Source: Macrostomum hystrix (lineage: Eukaryota > Animalia > Platyhelminthes). From it: 64,000 nucleotides of DNA. Positions 12,255 through 25,219 of the stretch are shown here, piece by piece. The stretch lies in assembly GCA_950097015.1 (NCBI GenBank), contig CATNEN010000030.1, positions 4,712,001-4,776,000 of the forward strand, written 5' to 3'. Below the pieces are notes generated by a model, which saw only the letters and a list, made by a program, of their open reading frames with translations, was not told where the DNA came from and searched no databases. The stretch's first letter is position 1, and every line of letters begins with the position of its first letter. A program made the translations under genes and the position numbers.

Positions 12255-13502
12255 CCCTAACCACCTGGAAAATGATGACTAGTTAGGTCGAAGTGCAGTC
12301 CGGAAAAATTGCCAACGAGGAGCGAAGCGAGCGTAGCTCCTCGTTGGCAATTTTTTCGGACAAACGAGACCGAGATAAGATTGCCCGGAGACTCCCCAAC
12401 GTAAAATCAACGTTTTAGAAACTAAAATTGATGCCGAATTAAAACTACTTGAGATGAAACCATGTGTGACCCCTCTATGGACGTAAAACATTTAGGGCTA
12501 CAAGATGAGCGACGTGAAATTTCCATAGCAACGCGTCTTGCGGTTGCCATGCAACGAAAAAGTGACTTTTCTGAGAGCCGTCGAAATCTTGAATCTCAAA
12601 AAATAAGGATTCACAATATACAGTCAAAAATTGATTGAACCCAACTTTTGGCAAATTTTCGGACCTATAAGACACTGATTGGTTATTTTCCGCTAAATGC
12701 TTACCTCGACAGGTAATTCTGTAAAAGTATGTTTTTCAAATGTCGAAAAATGTGCATTTTTTTCAACTTTCAACAGACGCAGCTCATATGTCGCGCGTCA
12801 GCGCGACCTATGAGCTGCGTCATACTTACGATGGCACCTGGGACTGTTACATGACGCACGACTTTAACCAAGATACTCACTTTAACTGTACATTAGCACC
12901 TGTTAATTACATTTGAATATTCGTCGGGTATTCGAACCAAAATAGAGGAAATTAAACCTTGTTGCGAGACTCTAAAAAGTACATGAATGCGGTCATTTAG
13001 GTAAGATCTACATGTTTATAATTCATTTTGAGCCGTTTCGGCGCATTGACTCTGAGCCATCCACTATACTAAAAATGAAATGCTTGCTTGGTTGGTTGCT
13101 TGGTTGCTTGTAATTGATTTTCTCCCGAACGGCTCAACCGATTTTCACCATTTCTTCACCAAAAGATGCCAAATATGGGGACAATTATACACGTATTTTT
13201 ATTAAGCTTAACTTTATTGCTAAGGGGATTAAGTATTCGAAAAACATTATTTTGTCAAAGGTCAAACCATCTTGGCCTATTGAGAATTTTACTCACTGCC
13301 ACTGAATTAGAATTGCATCGTCAAATTGCGCAACAACCCCTAGCTGATTGAATTTGAAGCCTGCACTCTGGAGACAAATTGGAAATAAATGTACACAACC
13401 AACCGCGAGACTGAGTGTACTCTATTTTCTTACTTCATTGTACAAAGCCAGAACTTTGAGAATTCATTTTATAAGGCTGATTTTTGCACCCACTAACCAA
13501 CA

Positions 13503-13574
13503 GTCGGAATAGCCGATGTGTAGGCACTAGGAATAGGTTATAGGCTAGGCTAGGGTTCGATTCTGCACTGCGTC
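13503..13574 (+). promoter_or_regulatory. tRNA(Leu/Ser)-like segment with Pol III A- and B-box-like motifs, repeated in each unit (also ~17856, 20992, 24128, 27264)
   Basis: GTCGGAATAGCCGATGTGT(A)AGGCACT...GGGTTCGATTC resembles tRNA-Leu GTCAGGATGGCCGAGCGGTCTAAGGCGCT...GGGTTCGAATC. The A-to-B spacing is tRNA-like, but there is no full cloverleaf. Confidence 0.5.
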
Positions 13575-13655
13575 AAATCATTTAGACTAATTTTCAGCCA
13601 GTAGTGATTGAAGATTATTTTGATTTTTTTTTCATTTCGTAAATAAAATATCATA

Positions 13656-15808
13656 AATCATAGCAAACCTGAGTTTGAATCATGGCAAAAATAGAGCTTG
13701 AATCATGGCTAAACCAGAGTTTGAATCATGGCTTAACCAGAGTTTGAATCATGGCTAAACCAGAGTCTGAATCATGGCTTAACCAGAATTTAAATCATGG
13801 CTAAACCAGAGTCTGAATCATGGCTTAACCAGAGTTTGAATCATGGCTAAACCAGAGTCTGAATCATGGCTTAACCAGAATTTAAATCATGGCTAAACCA
13901 GAGTCTGAATCATGGCTTAACCAGAGTCTGAATCATGGCTAAACCAGAGTCTGAATCATGGCTAAACTGGAGTCTGAATCATGGCTAAACCATAGTCTGA
14001 ATCATGGCTTAACCAGAGTTTGAATCATGGCTAAACCAGAGTCTGAATCATGGCTAAACCAGAGTCTGAATCATGGCTTAACCAGAGTCTGAATCATGGC
14101 TTAACCAGAGTTTGAATCATGGCTAAACCAGAGTCAGAATCATGGCTAAACCAGAGTCTGAATCATGGCTAAACCAGCGTCTGAATCATGGCTAAACCAG
14201 AGTTTGAATCATGGCTAAACCAGAGTTTGAATCATGGCTTAACCAGAGTTTGAATCATGGCTAAACCAGAGTCTGAATCATGGCTTAACCAGAATTTAAA
14301 TCATGGCTAAACCAGAGTCTGAATCATGGCTTAACCAGAGTCTGAATCATGGCTAAACCAGAGTCTGAATCATGGCTAAACTGGAGTCTGAATCATGGCT
14401 AAACCATAGTCTGAATCATGGCTTAACCAGAGTTTGAATCATGGCTAAACCAGAGTCTGAATCATGGCTAAACCAGAGTCTGAATCATGGCTTAACCAGA
14501 GTCTGAATCATGGCTTAACCAGAGTTTGAATCATGGCTAAACCAGAGTCAGAATCATGGCTAAACCAGAGTCTGAATCATGGCTAAACCAGCGTCTGAAT
14601 CATGGCTAAACCAGAGTTTGAATCATGGCTAAACCAGAGTTTGAATCATGGCTTAACCAGAGTTTGAATCATGGCTAAACCAGAGTCTGAATCATGGCTT
14701 AACCAGAATTTAAATCATGGCTAAACCAGAGTCTGAATCATGGCTTAACCAGAGTTTGAATCATGGCTAAACCAGAGTCTGAATCATGGCTTAACCAGAG
14801 TCTGAATCATGGCTTAACCAGAGTTTGAATCAAGGCTAAACCAGAGTCTGAATCATGGCTAAACCAGAGTCTGAATCATGGCTAAACCAGCGTCTGAATC
14901 ATGGCTAAACCAGAGTCTGAATCATTGCTAAACCAGAGTTTGAATCATGGCTTAACCAGAGTTTGAATCATTCTAAACCAGCGTTTGAATCATGGCTAAA
15001 CCAGAGTTTGAATCATGGCTAAACCAGAGTTTGAATCATGGCTAAACCAGCGTTTGAATCATGGCTAAACCAGAGTTTGAATCGTGGCTAAACCAGAGTT
15101 TGAATCATGGCTAAACCAGAGCTTAAATCATGGCTAAACCAGCGTCTGAATCATGGCTAAACCAGAGTCTGAATCATGGCAAAACCAGAGTCTGAATCAT
15201 GGCTAAACCAGCGTCTGAATCATGGCTTAACCAGAGTTTGAATCATGGCTTAACCAGAGTTTGAATCATGGCTAAACCAGAGTCTGAATCATGGCTAAAC
15301 CAGAGTTTAATTCATGGCTAAACAAGAGTCTGAATCATGGCTTAACCAGAGTTTGAATCATGGCTAAACCAGAGTTTGAATCATGGCTAAACCAGAGTTT
15401 GAATCATGGCTAAACCAGAGTCTGAATCATGGCTAAACCAACGTTTGAATCATGGCTAAACCAGAGTCTGAATCATGGCTAAACCAGAGTTTCAATCATG
15501 GCTAAACCAGCGTCTGAATCATGGCTAAACCAGCGTCTGAATCATAGCCAACCAGAGTTTGAATCTTGGCTAAACCAGAGTTTGAATCATAGCCAACCAG
15601 AGTCTGAATCATGGCAAAACGAGAGTTTGAATCATGGCTAAAGCAGACTTTAAATCATCACAGCGTCTGAATCATGGCTAAACCAGAGTTTGAATCATGG
15701 CTAAATTAGAGTTTGAATCATGGTAAAACGAGAGTTTGAATCATAGCCCACCAGGGTTTAAAACATGGCGAAACCTGAGTTTGAATCTTGGCTAACCCAG
15801 CGTTTGAA
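13656..15808 (+). repeat. 23-bp satellite (GAATCATGGCTAAACCAGAGTYT)n, unit 1
   Basis: Direct tandem repeats. An internal 414-bp (18-monomer) higher-order duplication is marked by CTGGAGTCTG near 13967 and 14381. Confidence 0.97.
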
Positions 15809-15811
15809 AAA

Positions 15812-17342
15812 TCAACGTCAACTGGGGAGTCATCATCAAAATGGGGATCAAGGTAAACTGGGGGATAATCGTCAACTGGAGGATCTTGGTAAACTGGGGG
15901 ATAATTGTCAACTGGGGGATCATTGTCAACTGGGGGATCGTTGTGAACTGGGGGATCATTGTAAACTAGGGGGTAATGGTCAACTGGGGGATAATTGTCA
16001 ACTGGGGAATCATCATCAAATGGGAGATCATGGTCAACTTGGGGATCATTGTCAACTGGGGGATCATTGTCAACTGTGGGATCATTGTCAACTGGGGGAT
16101 CATTGTCAAATGTGGGAACATTGTCAACTGGAGGAACATTGTTAACTGGGGATCATCATCAATGGGGAGACTTCATCAACTGGGGGATCATTGTGAACTG
16201 GGGGATCTTTGTTAACTGGGGGATCATTGTCAACTGGGGGATCATTCTCAACTGGGGGATCATTGTCAACTGGGGGATCATTGCAAACTGGGGGATCATT
16301 GTCAACTGGGGGATCATTTTCAACTGGGGGATCATCATCAACTGGGGGATCATTGTGAACTGGGGGATCTTTGTCAACTGGGGGATCATTGTCAACTGGG
16401 AGATCATTGTCAACTGGGGGATCGTTGTCAACTGGGGGAACTTCATTGTCAACTGGGGATCATTGTCAACTGGGGGATCATTGTCAACTGGGGGATCATC
16501 ATCAACTAGGGGATCATTGTCAACTGGGGGTTCATTGTCAACTGTGGTATCATTGTCAACCGGCGGGATCATTGTCAACTGTGGGATCATTGTCAACTGA
16601 GGGATCATTGTCAACTGGGGTATCATTGTCAACTGGGTGATCATCATCAACTGGGGGATCATTGTCAACTGGGGGAACATTGTCAACTGGAGGAACATTG
16701 TTAACTAGGGATCATCATCAATGGGGAGACTTCATCAACTGGGGGATCATTGTGAACTGGGGGATCTTTGTTAACTGGGGGATCATTGTCAACTGGGGGA
16801 TCATTCTCAACTGGGGGATCATTGTCTACTGGGGGATCATTGTCAACTGGGGGATCATTTTCAACTGGGGGATCATCATCAACTGGGGGATCATTGTCAA
16901 CTGGGGGATCATTGTCAACTTGGGGATCATTGTCAACTGTGGGATCATTGTCAACTGGGTGATCATCATCAACTGGGGGATCATTGATAACTGGGGGAAC
17001 ATTGTCAACTGGAGGAACATTGTTAACTGGGGATCATCATCAATAGGGAGACTTCATCAACTGGGGGATCATTGTGAATTGGGGGATCTTTGTTAACTGG
17101 GGGATCATTGTTAACTGGGGGATCATTCTCAACTGGGGGATCATTGTCAACTGGGGGATCATTCTCAACTGGGGGATCATCATCAACTGGGGGATCATCA
17201 TCAACTGGGGGATCATTGTGAACTGGGGGATCTTTGTCAACTGGGGGATCATTGTCAACTGGGGGTTCATTGTCAACTGGGGGTTCATTGTCAACTGGGG
17301 GATCATTGTCAACTGGGGGATCATTGTCAACTGGGGGTTCAT
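15812..17342 (+). repeat. 18-bp satellite (GGGGGATCATTGTCAACT)n, unit 1
   Basis: Direct tandem repeats. Confidence 0.97.
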
Positions 17343-18009
17343 AGTAGCTTTAAAAAGCTGTAAATTCAGCTTCTAAAAAGTCTATACTAGACGAATTAAA
17401 AGTATTTCTGCTCCCCGAAGGGGGGCAAATCTTGCTAGTCCACTATACTAAAAATGAAATGGTTGGTTGCTTGTAATTGATTTTCTCCCGAACGGCTCAA
17501 CCGATTTTCACCATTTCTTCACCAAAAGATGCTAAATATGGGGACAATTGTACACGTATTTTTATTAAGCTTAACTTTATTGCTAAGGGGATTAAATATT
17601 CGAAAAACATGATTTTTCAAAGGTCAAATTCAAAGGTCAAACCACTCACTGCCACTGAATTAGAATTGCATCGTCAAATTGCGCAACAACCCCTAGCTGA
17701 TTGAATTTGAAGCCTGCACTCTGGAGACAAATTGGAAATAAATGTACACAACCAACCGCGAGACTGAGTGTACTCTATTTTCTTACTTCATTGTACAAAG
17801 CCAGAACTTTGAGAATTCATTTTATAAGGCTGATTTCTGCACCCACTAACCAACAGTCGGAATAGCCGATGTGTAAGGCACTAGGAATAAGTTAGGCTAG
17901 GCTAGGGTTCGATTCTGCACTGCGTCAAATCATTTAGACTAATTTTCAGCCAGTAGTGATTGAAGATTATTTTGATTTATTTTTTTCATTTCGTAAATAA
18001 AATATCATA

Positions 18010-18944
18010 AATCATAGCAAACCTGAATTTGAATCATGGCAAAAATAGAGCTTGAATCATGGCTAAACCAGCGTCTGAATCATGGCTAAACCAGAGTCTG
18101 AATCATTGCTAAACCAGAGTTTGAATCATGGCTAAACCAGAGTTTGAATCATGGCTAAACCAGAGTTTGAATCATGGCTAAACCAGAGTTTGAATCATGG
18201 CTAAACCAGAGTTTGAATCATGGCTAAACCAGAGTCTGAATCATGGCTAAACCAGAGTTTGAATCATGGCTAAACCAGAGTCTGAATCATGGCTTAACCA
18301 GAGTTTGAATCATGGCTAAACCAGAGTTTGAATCATGGCTAAACCAGAGTCTGAATCATGGCTAAACCAGCGTCTGAATCATGGCTAAACCAGAGTTTGA
18401 ATCATGGCTAAACCAGAGTCTGAATCATGGCTTAACTAGAGTTTGAATCATGGCTAAACCAGAGTCTGAATCATGGCTAAAGCAGAGTTTGAATCATGGC
18501 TAAACCAGAGTCTGAATCATGGCTTAACCAGAGTTTGAATCATGGCTAAACCAGAGTTTGAATCATGGCTAAACCAGAGTTTGAATCATGGCTAAACCAG
18601 AGTCTGAATCATGGCTAAACCAGAGTTTCAATCATGGCTAAACCAGCGTCTGAATCATGGCTAAACCAGCGTCTGAATCATAGCCAACCAGAGTTTGAAT
18701 CTTGGCTAAACCAGAGTTTGAATCATAGCCAACCAGAGTCTGAATCATGGCAAAACGAGAGTTTGAATCATGGCTAAAGCAGACTTTAAATCATCACAGC
18801 GTCTGAATCATGGCTAAACCAGAGTTTGAATCATGGCTAAATTAGAGTTTGAATCATGGTAAAACGAGAGTTTGAATCATAGCCCACCAGGGTTTAAAAC
18901 ATGGCGAAACCTGAGTTTGAATCTTGGCTAACCCAGCGTTTGAA
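18010..18944 (+). repeat. 23-bp satellite, unit 2
   Basis: Direct tandem repeats. Confidence 0.97.
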
Positions 18945-18947
18945 AAA

Positions 18948-20478
18948 TCAACGTCAACTGGGGAGTCATCATCAAAATGGGGATCAAGGTAAACTGGGGG
19001 ATAATCGTCAACTGGAGGATCTTGGTAAACTGGGGGATAATTGTCAACTGGGGGATCATTGTCAACTGGGGGATCGTTGTGAACTGGGGGATCATTGTAA
19101 ACTAGGGGGTAATGGTCAACTGGGGGATAATTGTCAACTGGGGAATCATCATCAAATGGGGGATCATGGTCAACTTGGGGATCATTGTCAACTGGGGGAT
19201 CATTGTCAACTGTGGGATCATTGTCAACTGGGGGATCATTGTCAAATGTGGGAACATTGTCAACTGGAGGAACATTGTTAACTGGGGATCATCATCAATG
19301 GGGAGACTTCATCAACTGGGGGATCATTGTGAACTGGGGGATCTTTGTTAACTGGGGGATCATTGTCAACTGGGGGATCATTCTCAACTGGGGGATCATT
19401 GTCAACTGGGGGATCATTGCAAACTGGGGGATCATTGTCAACTGGGGGATCATTTTCAACTGGGGGATCATCATCAACTGGGGGATCATTGTGAACTGGG
19501 GGATCTTTGTCAACTGGGGGATCATTGTCAACTGGGAGATCATTGTCAACTGGGGGATCGTTGTCAACTGGGGGAACTTCATTGTCAACTGGGGATCATT
19601 GTCAACTGGGGGATCATTGTCAACTGGGGGATCATCATCAACTAGGGGATCATTGTCAACTGGGGGTTCATTGTCAACTGTGGTATCATTGTCAACCGGC
19701 GGGATCATTGTCAACTGTGGGATCATTGTCAACTGAGGGATCATTGTCAACTGGGGTATCATTGTCAACTGGGTGATCATCATCAACTGGGGGATCATTG
19801 TCAACTGGGGGAACATTGTCAACTGGAGGAACATTGTTAACTAGGGATCATCATCAATGGGGAGACTTCATCAACTGGGGGATCATTGTGAACTGGGGGA
19901 TCTTTGTTAACTGGGGGATCATTGTCAACTGGGGGATCATTCTCAACTGGGGGATCATTGTCTACTGGGGGATCATTGTCAACTGGGGGATCATTTTCAA
20001 CTGGGGGATCATCATCAACTGGGGGATCATTGTCAACTGGGGGATCATTGTCAACTGGGGGATCATTGTCAACTGTGGGATCATTGTCAACTGGGTGATC
20101 ATCATCAACTGGGGGATCATTGATAACTGGGGGAACATTGTCAACTGGAGGAACATTGTTAACTGGGGATCATCATCAATAGGGAGACTTCATCAACTGG
20201 GGGATCATTGTGAATTGGGGGATCTTTGTTAACTGGGGGATCATTGTTAACTGGGGGATCATTCTCAACTGGGGGATCATTGTCAACTGGGGGATCATTC
20301 TCAACTGGGGGATCATCATCAACTGGGGGATCATCATCAACTGGGGGATCATTGTGAACTGGGGGATCTTTGTCAACTGGGGGATCATTGTCAACTGGGG
20401 GTTCATTGTCAACTGGGGGTTCATTGTCAACTGGGGGATCATTGTCAACTGGGGGATCATTGTCAACTGGGGGTTCAT
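18948..20478 (+). repeat. 18-bp satellite, unit 2
   Basis: Direct tandem repeats. Confidence 0.97.
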
Positions 20479-21145
20479 AGTAGCTTTAAAAAGCTGTAAA
20501 TTCAGCTTCTAAAAAGTCTATACTAGACGAATTAAAAGTATTTCTGCTCCCCGAAGGGGGGCAAATCTTGCTAGTCCACTATACTAAAAATGAAATGGTT
20601 GGTTGCTTGTAATTGATTTTCTCCCGAACGGCTCAACCGATTTTCACCATTTCTTCACCAAAAGATGCTAAATATGGGGACAATTGTACACGTATTTTTA
20701 TTAAGCTTAACTTTATTGCTAAGGGGATTAAATATTCGAAAAACATGATTTTTCAAAGGTCAAATTCAAAGGTCAAACCACTCACTGCCACTGAATTAGA
20801 ATTGCATCGTCAAATTGCGCAACAACCCCTAGCTGATTGAATTTGAAGCCTGCACTCTGGAGACAAATTGGAAATAAATGTACACAACCAACCGCGAGAC
20901 TGAGTGTACTCTATTTTCTTACTTCATTGTACAAAGCCAGAACTTTGAGAATTCATTTTATAAGGCTGATTTCTGCACCCACTAACCAACAGTCGGAATA
21001 GCCGATGTGTAAGGCACTAGGAATAAGTTAGGCTAGGCTAGGGTTCGATTCTGCACTGCGTCAAATCATTTAGACTAATTTTCAGCCAGTAGTGATTGAA
21101 GATTATTTTGATTTATTTTTTTCATTTCGTAAATAAAATATCATA

Positions 21146-22080
21146 AATCATAGCAAACCTGAATTTGAATCATGGCAAAAATAGAGCTTGAATCATGGCT
21201 AAACCAGCGTCTGAATCATGGCTAAACCAGAGTCTGAATCATTGCTAAACCAGAGTTTGAATCATGGCTAAACCAGAGTTTGAATCATGGCTAAACCAGA
21301 GTTTGAATCATGGCTAAACCAGAGTTTGAATCATGGCTAAACCAGAGTTTGAATCATGGCTAAACCAGAGTCTGAATCATGGCTAAACCAGAGTTTGAAT
21401 CATGGCTAAACCAGAGTCTGAATCATGGCTTAACCAGAGTTTGAATCATGGCTAAACCAGAGTTTGAATCATGGCTAAACCAGAGTCTGAATCATGGCTA
21501 AACCAGCGTCTGAATCATGGCTAAACCAGAGTTTGAATCATGGCTAAACCAGAGTCTGAATCATGGCTTAACTAGAGTTTGAATCATGGCTAAACCAGAG
21601 TCTGAATCATGGCTAAAGCAGAGTTTGAATCATGGCTAAACCAGAGTCTGAATCATGGCTTAACCAGAGTTTGAATCATGGCTAAACCAGAGTTTGAATC
21701 ATGGCTAAACCAGAGTTTGAATCATGGCTAAACCAGAGTCTGAATCATGGCTAAACCAGAGTTTCAATCATGGCTAAACCAGCGTCTGAATCATGGCTAA
21801 ACCAGCGTCTGAATCATAGCCAACCAGAGTTTGAATCTTGGCTAAACCAGAGTTTGAATCATAGCCAACCAGAGTCTGAATCATGGCAAAACGAGAGTTT
21901 GAATCATGGCTAAAGCAGACTTTAAATCATCACAGCGTCTGAATCATGGCTAAACCAGAGTTTGAATCATGGCTAAATTAGAGTTTGAATCATGGTAAAA
22001 CGAGAGTTTGAATCATAGCCCACCAGGGTTTAAAACATGGCGAAACCTGAGTTTGAATCTTGGCTAACCCAGCGTTTGAA
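21146..22080 (+). repeat. 23-bp satellite, unit 3
   Basis: Direct tandem repeats. Confidence 0.97.
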
Positions 22081-22083
22081 AAA

Positions 22084-23614
22084 TCAACGTCAACTGGGGA
22101 GTCATCATCAAAATGGGGATCAAGGTAAACTGGGGGATAATCGTCAACTGGAGGATCTTGGTAAACTGGGGGATAATTGTCAACTGGGGGATCATTGTCA
22201 ACTGGGGGATCGTTGTGAACTGGGGGATCATTGTAAACTAGGGGGTAATGGTCAACTGGGGGATAATTGTCAACTGGGGAATCATCATCAAATGGGGGAT
22301 CATGGTCAACTTGGGGATCATTGTCAACTGGGGGATCATTGTCAACTGTGGGATCATTGTCAACTGGGGGATCATTGTCAAATGTGGGAACATTGTCAAC
22401 TGGAGGAACATTGTTAACTGGGGATCATCATCAATGGGGAGACTTCATCAACTGGGGGATCATTGTGAACTGGGGGATCTTTGTTAACTGGGGGATCATT
22501 GTCAACTGGGGGATCATTCTCAACTGGGGGATCATTGTCAACTGGGGGATCATTGCAAACTGGGGGATCATTGTCAACTGGGGGATCATTTTCAACTGGG
22601 GGATCATCATCAACTGGGGGATCATTGTGAACTGGGGGATCTTTGTCAACTGGGGGATCATTGTCAACTGGGAGATCATTGTCAACTGGGGGATCGTTGT
22701 CAACTGGGGGAACTTCATTGTCAACTGGGGATCATTGTCAACTGGGGGATCATTGTCAACTGGGGGATCATCATCAACTAGGGGATCATTGTCAACTGGG
22801 GGTTCATTGTCAACTGTGGTATCATTGTCAACCGGCGGGATCATTGTCAACTGTGGGATCATTGTCAACTGAGGGATCATTGTCAACTGGGGTATCATTG
22901 TCAACTGGGTGATCATCATCAACTGGGGGATCATTGTCAACTGGGGGAACATTGTCAACTGGAGGAACATTGTTAACTAGGGATCATCATCAATGGGGAG
23001 ACTTCATCAACTGGGGGATCATTGTGAACTGGGGGATCTTTGTTAACTGGGGGATCATTGTCAACTGGGGGATCATTCTCAACTGGGGGATCATTGTCTA
23101 CTGGGGGATCATTGTCAACTGGGGGATCATTTTCAACTGGGGGATCATCATCAACTGGGGGATCATTGTCAACTGGGGGATCATTGTCAACTGGGGGATC
23201 ATTGTCAACTGTGGGATCATTGTCAACTGGGTGATCATCATCAACTGGGGGATCATTGATAACTGGGGGAACATTGTCAACTGGAGGAACATTGTTAACT
23301 GGGGATCATCATCAATAGGGAGACTTCATCAACTGGGGGATCATTGTGAATTGGGGGATCTTTGTTAACTGGGGGATCATTGTTAACTGGGGGATCATTC
23401 TCAACTGGGGGATCATTGTCAACTGGGGGATCATTCTCAACTGGGGGATCATCATCAACTGGGGGATCATCATCAACTGGGGGATCATTGTGAACTGGGG
23501 GATCTTTGTCAACTGGGGGATCATTGTCAACTGGGGGTTCATTGTCAACTGGGGGTTCATTGTCAACTGGGGGATCATTGTCAACTGGGGGATCATTGTC
23601 AACTGGGGGTTCAT
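22084..23614 (+). repeat. 18-bp satellite, unit 3
   Basis: Direct tandem repeats. Confidence 0.97.
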
Positions 23615-24281
23615 AGTAGCTTTAAAAAGCTGTAAATTCAGCTTCTAAAAAGTCTATACTAGACGAATTAAAAGTATTTCTGCTCCCCGAAGGGGGGCAA
23701 ATCTTGCTAGTCCACTATACTAAAAATGAAATGGTTGGTTGCTTGTAATTGATTTTCTCCCGAACGGCTCAACCGATTTTCACCATTTCTTCACCAAAAG
23801 ATGCTAAATATGGGGACAATTGTACACGTATTTTTATTAAGCTTAACTTTATTGCTAAGGGGATTAAATATTCGAAAAACATGATTTTTCAAAGGTCAAA
23901 TTCAAAGGTCAAACCACTCACTGCCACTGAATTAGAATTGCATCGTCAAATTGCGCAACAACCCCTAGCTGATTGAATTTGAAGCCTGCACTCTGGAGAC
24001 AAATTGGAAATAAATGTACACAACCAACCGCGAGACTGAGTGTACTCTATTTTCTTACTTCATTGTACAAAGCCAGAACTTTGAGAATTCATTTTATAAG
24101 GCTGATTTCTGCACCCACTAACCAACAGTCGGAATAGCCGATGTGTAAGGCACTAGGAATAAGTTAGGCTAGGCTAGGGTTCGATTCTGCACTGCGTCAA
24201 ATCATTTAGACTAATTTTCAGCCAGTAGTGATTGAAGATTATTTTGATTTATTTTTTTCATTTCGTAAATAAAATATCATA

Positions 24282-25216
24282 AATCATAGCAAACCTGAAT
24301 TTGAATCATGGCAAAAATAGAGCTTGAATCATGGCTAAACCAGCGTCTGAATCATGGCTAAACCAGAGTCTGAATCATTGCTAAACCAGAGTTTGAATCA
24401 TGGCTAAACCAGAGTTTGAATCATGGCTAAACCAGAGTTTGAATCATGGCTAAACCAGAGTTTGAATCATGGCTAAACCAGAGTTTGAATCATGGCTAAA
24501 CCAGAGTCTGAATCATGGCTAAACCAGAGTTTGAATCATGGCTAAACCAGAGTCTGAATCATGGCTTAACCAGAGTTTGAATCATGGCTAAACCAGAGTT
24601 TGAATCATGGCTAAACCAGAGTCTGAATCATGGCTAAACCAGCGTCTGAATCATGGCTAAACCAGAGTTTGAATCATGGCTAAACCAGAGTCTGAATCAT
24701 GGCTTAACTAGAGTTTGAATCATGGCTAAACCAGAGTCTGAATCATGGCTAAAGCAGAGTTTGAATCATGGCTAAACCAGAGTCTGAATCATGGCTTAAC
24801 CAGAGTTTGAATCATGGCTAAACCAGAGTTTGAATCATGGCTAAACCAGAGTTTGAATCATGGCTAAACCAGAGTCTGAATCATGGCTAAACCAGAGTTT
24901 CAATCATGGCTAAACCAGCGTCTGAATCATGGCTAAACCAGCGTCTGAATCATAGCCAACCAGAGTTTGAATCTTGGCTAAACCAGAGTTTGAATCATAG
25001 CCAACCAGAGTCTGAATCATGGCAAAACGAGAGTTTGAATCATGGCTAAAGCAGACTTTAAATCATCACAGCGTCTGAATCATGGCTAAACCAGAGTTTG
25101 AATCATGGCTAAATTAGAGTTTGAATCATGGTAAAACGAGAGTTTGAATCATAGCCCACCAGGGTTTAAAACATGGCGAAACCTGAGTTTGAATCTTGGC
25201 TAACCCAGCGTTTGAA
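24282..25216 (+). repeat. 23-bp satellite, unit 4
   Basis: Direct tandem repeats. Confidence 0.97.
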
Positions 25217-25219
25217 AAA

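Larger units (their letters stand above)
13060..17438 (+). mobile_element. Satellite-bearing non-autonomous Helitron, unit 1 (4379 bp)
   Basis: A|TCCACTATACTAAAAATG start, GGTT repeats and an ACGGCTCAACCGATTTT core. The 3' CCCCGAAGGGG hairpin is followed by CTAG. Confidence 0.85.
17439..20574 (+). mobile_element. Helitron unit 2 (3136 bp)
   Basis: CTAG|TC junctions on both sides. Confidence 0.85.
20575..23710 (+). mobile_element. Helitron unit 3 (3136 bp)
   Basis: CTAG|TC junctions. ORF track is identical to unit 2 at +3136. Confidence 0.85.

Noticed and set aside
13656-15808. AP-1 site array (TGAATCA)
   Set aside because: The central base mismatches TGA(C/G)TCA in nearly all monomers, and there is no functional evidence.
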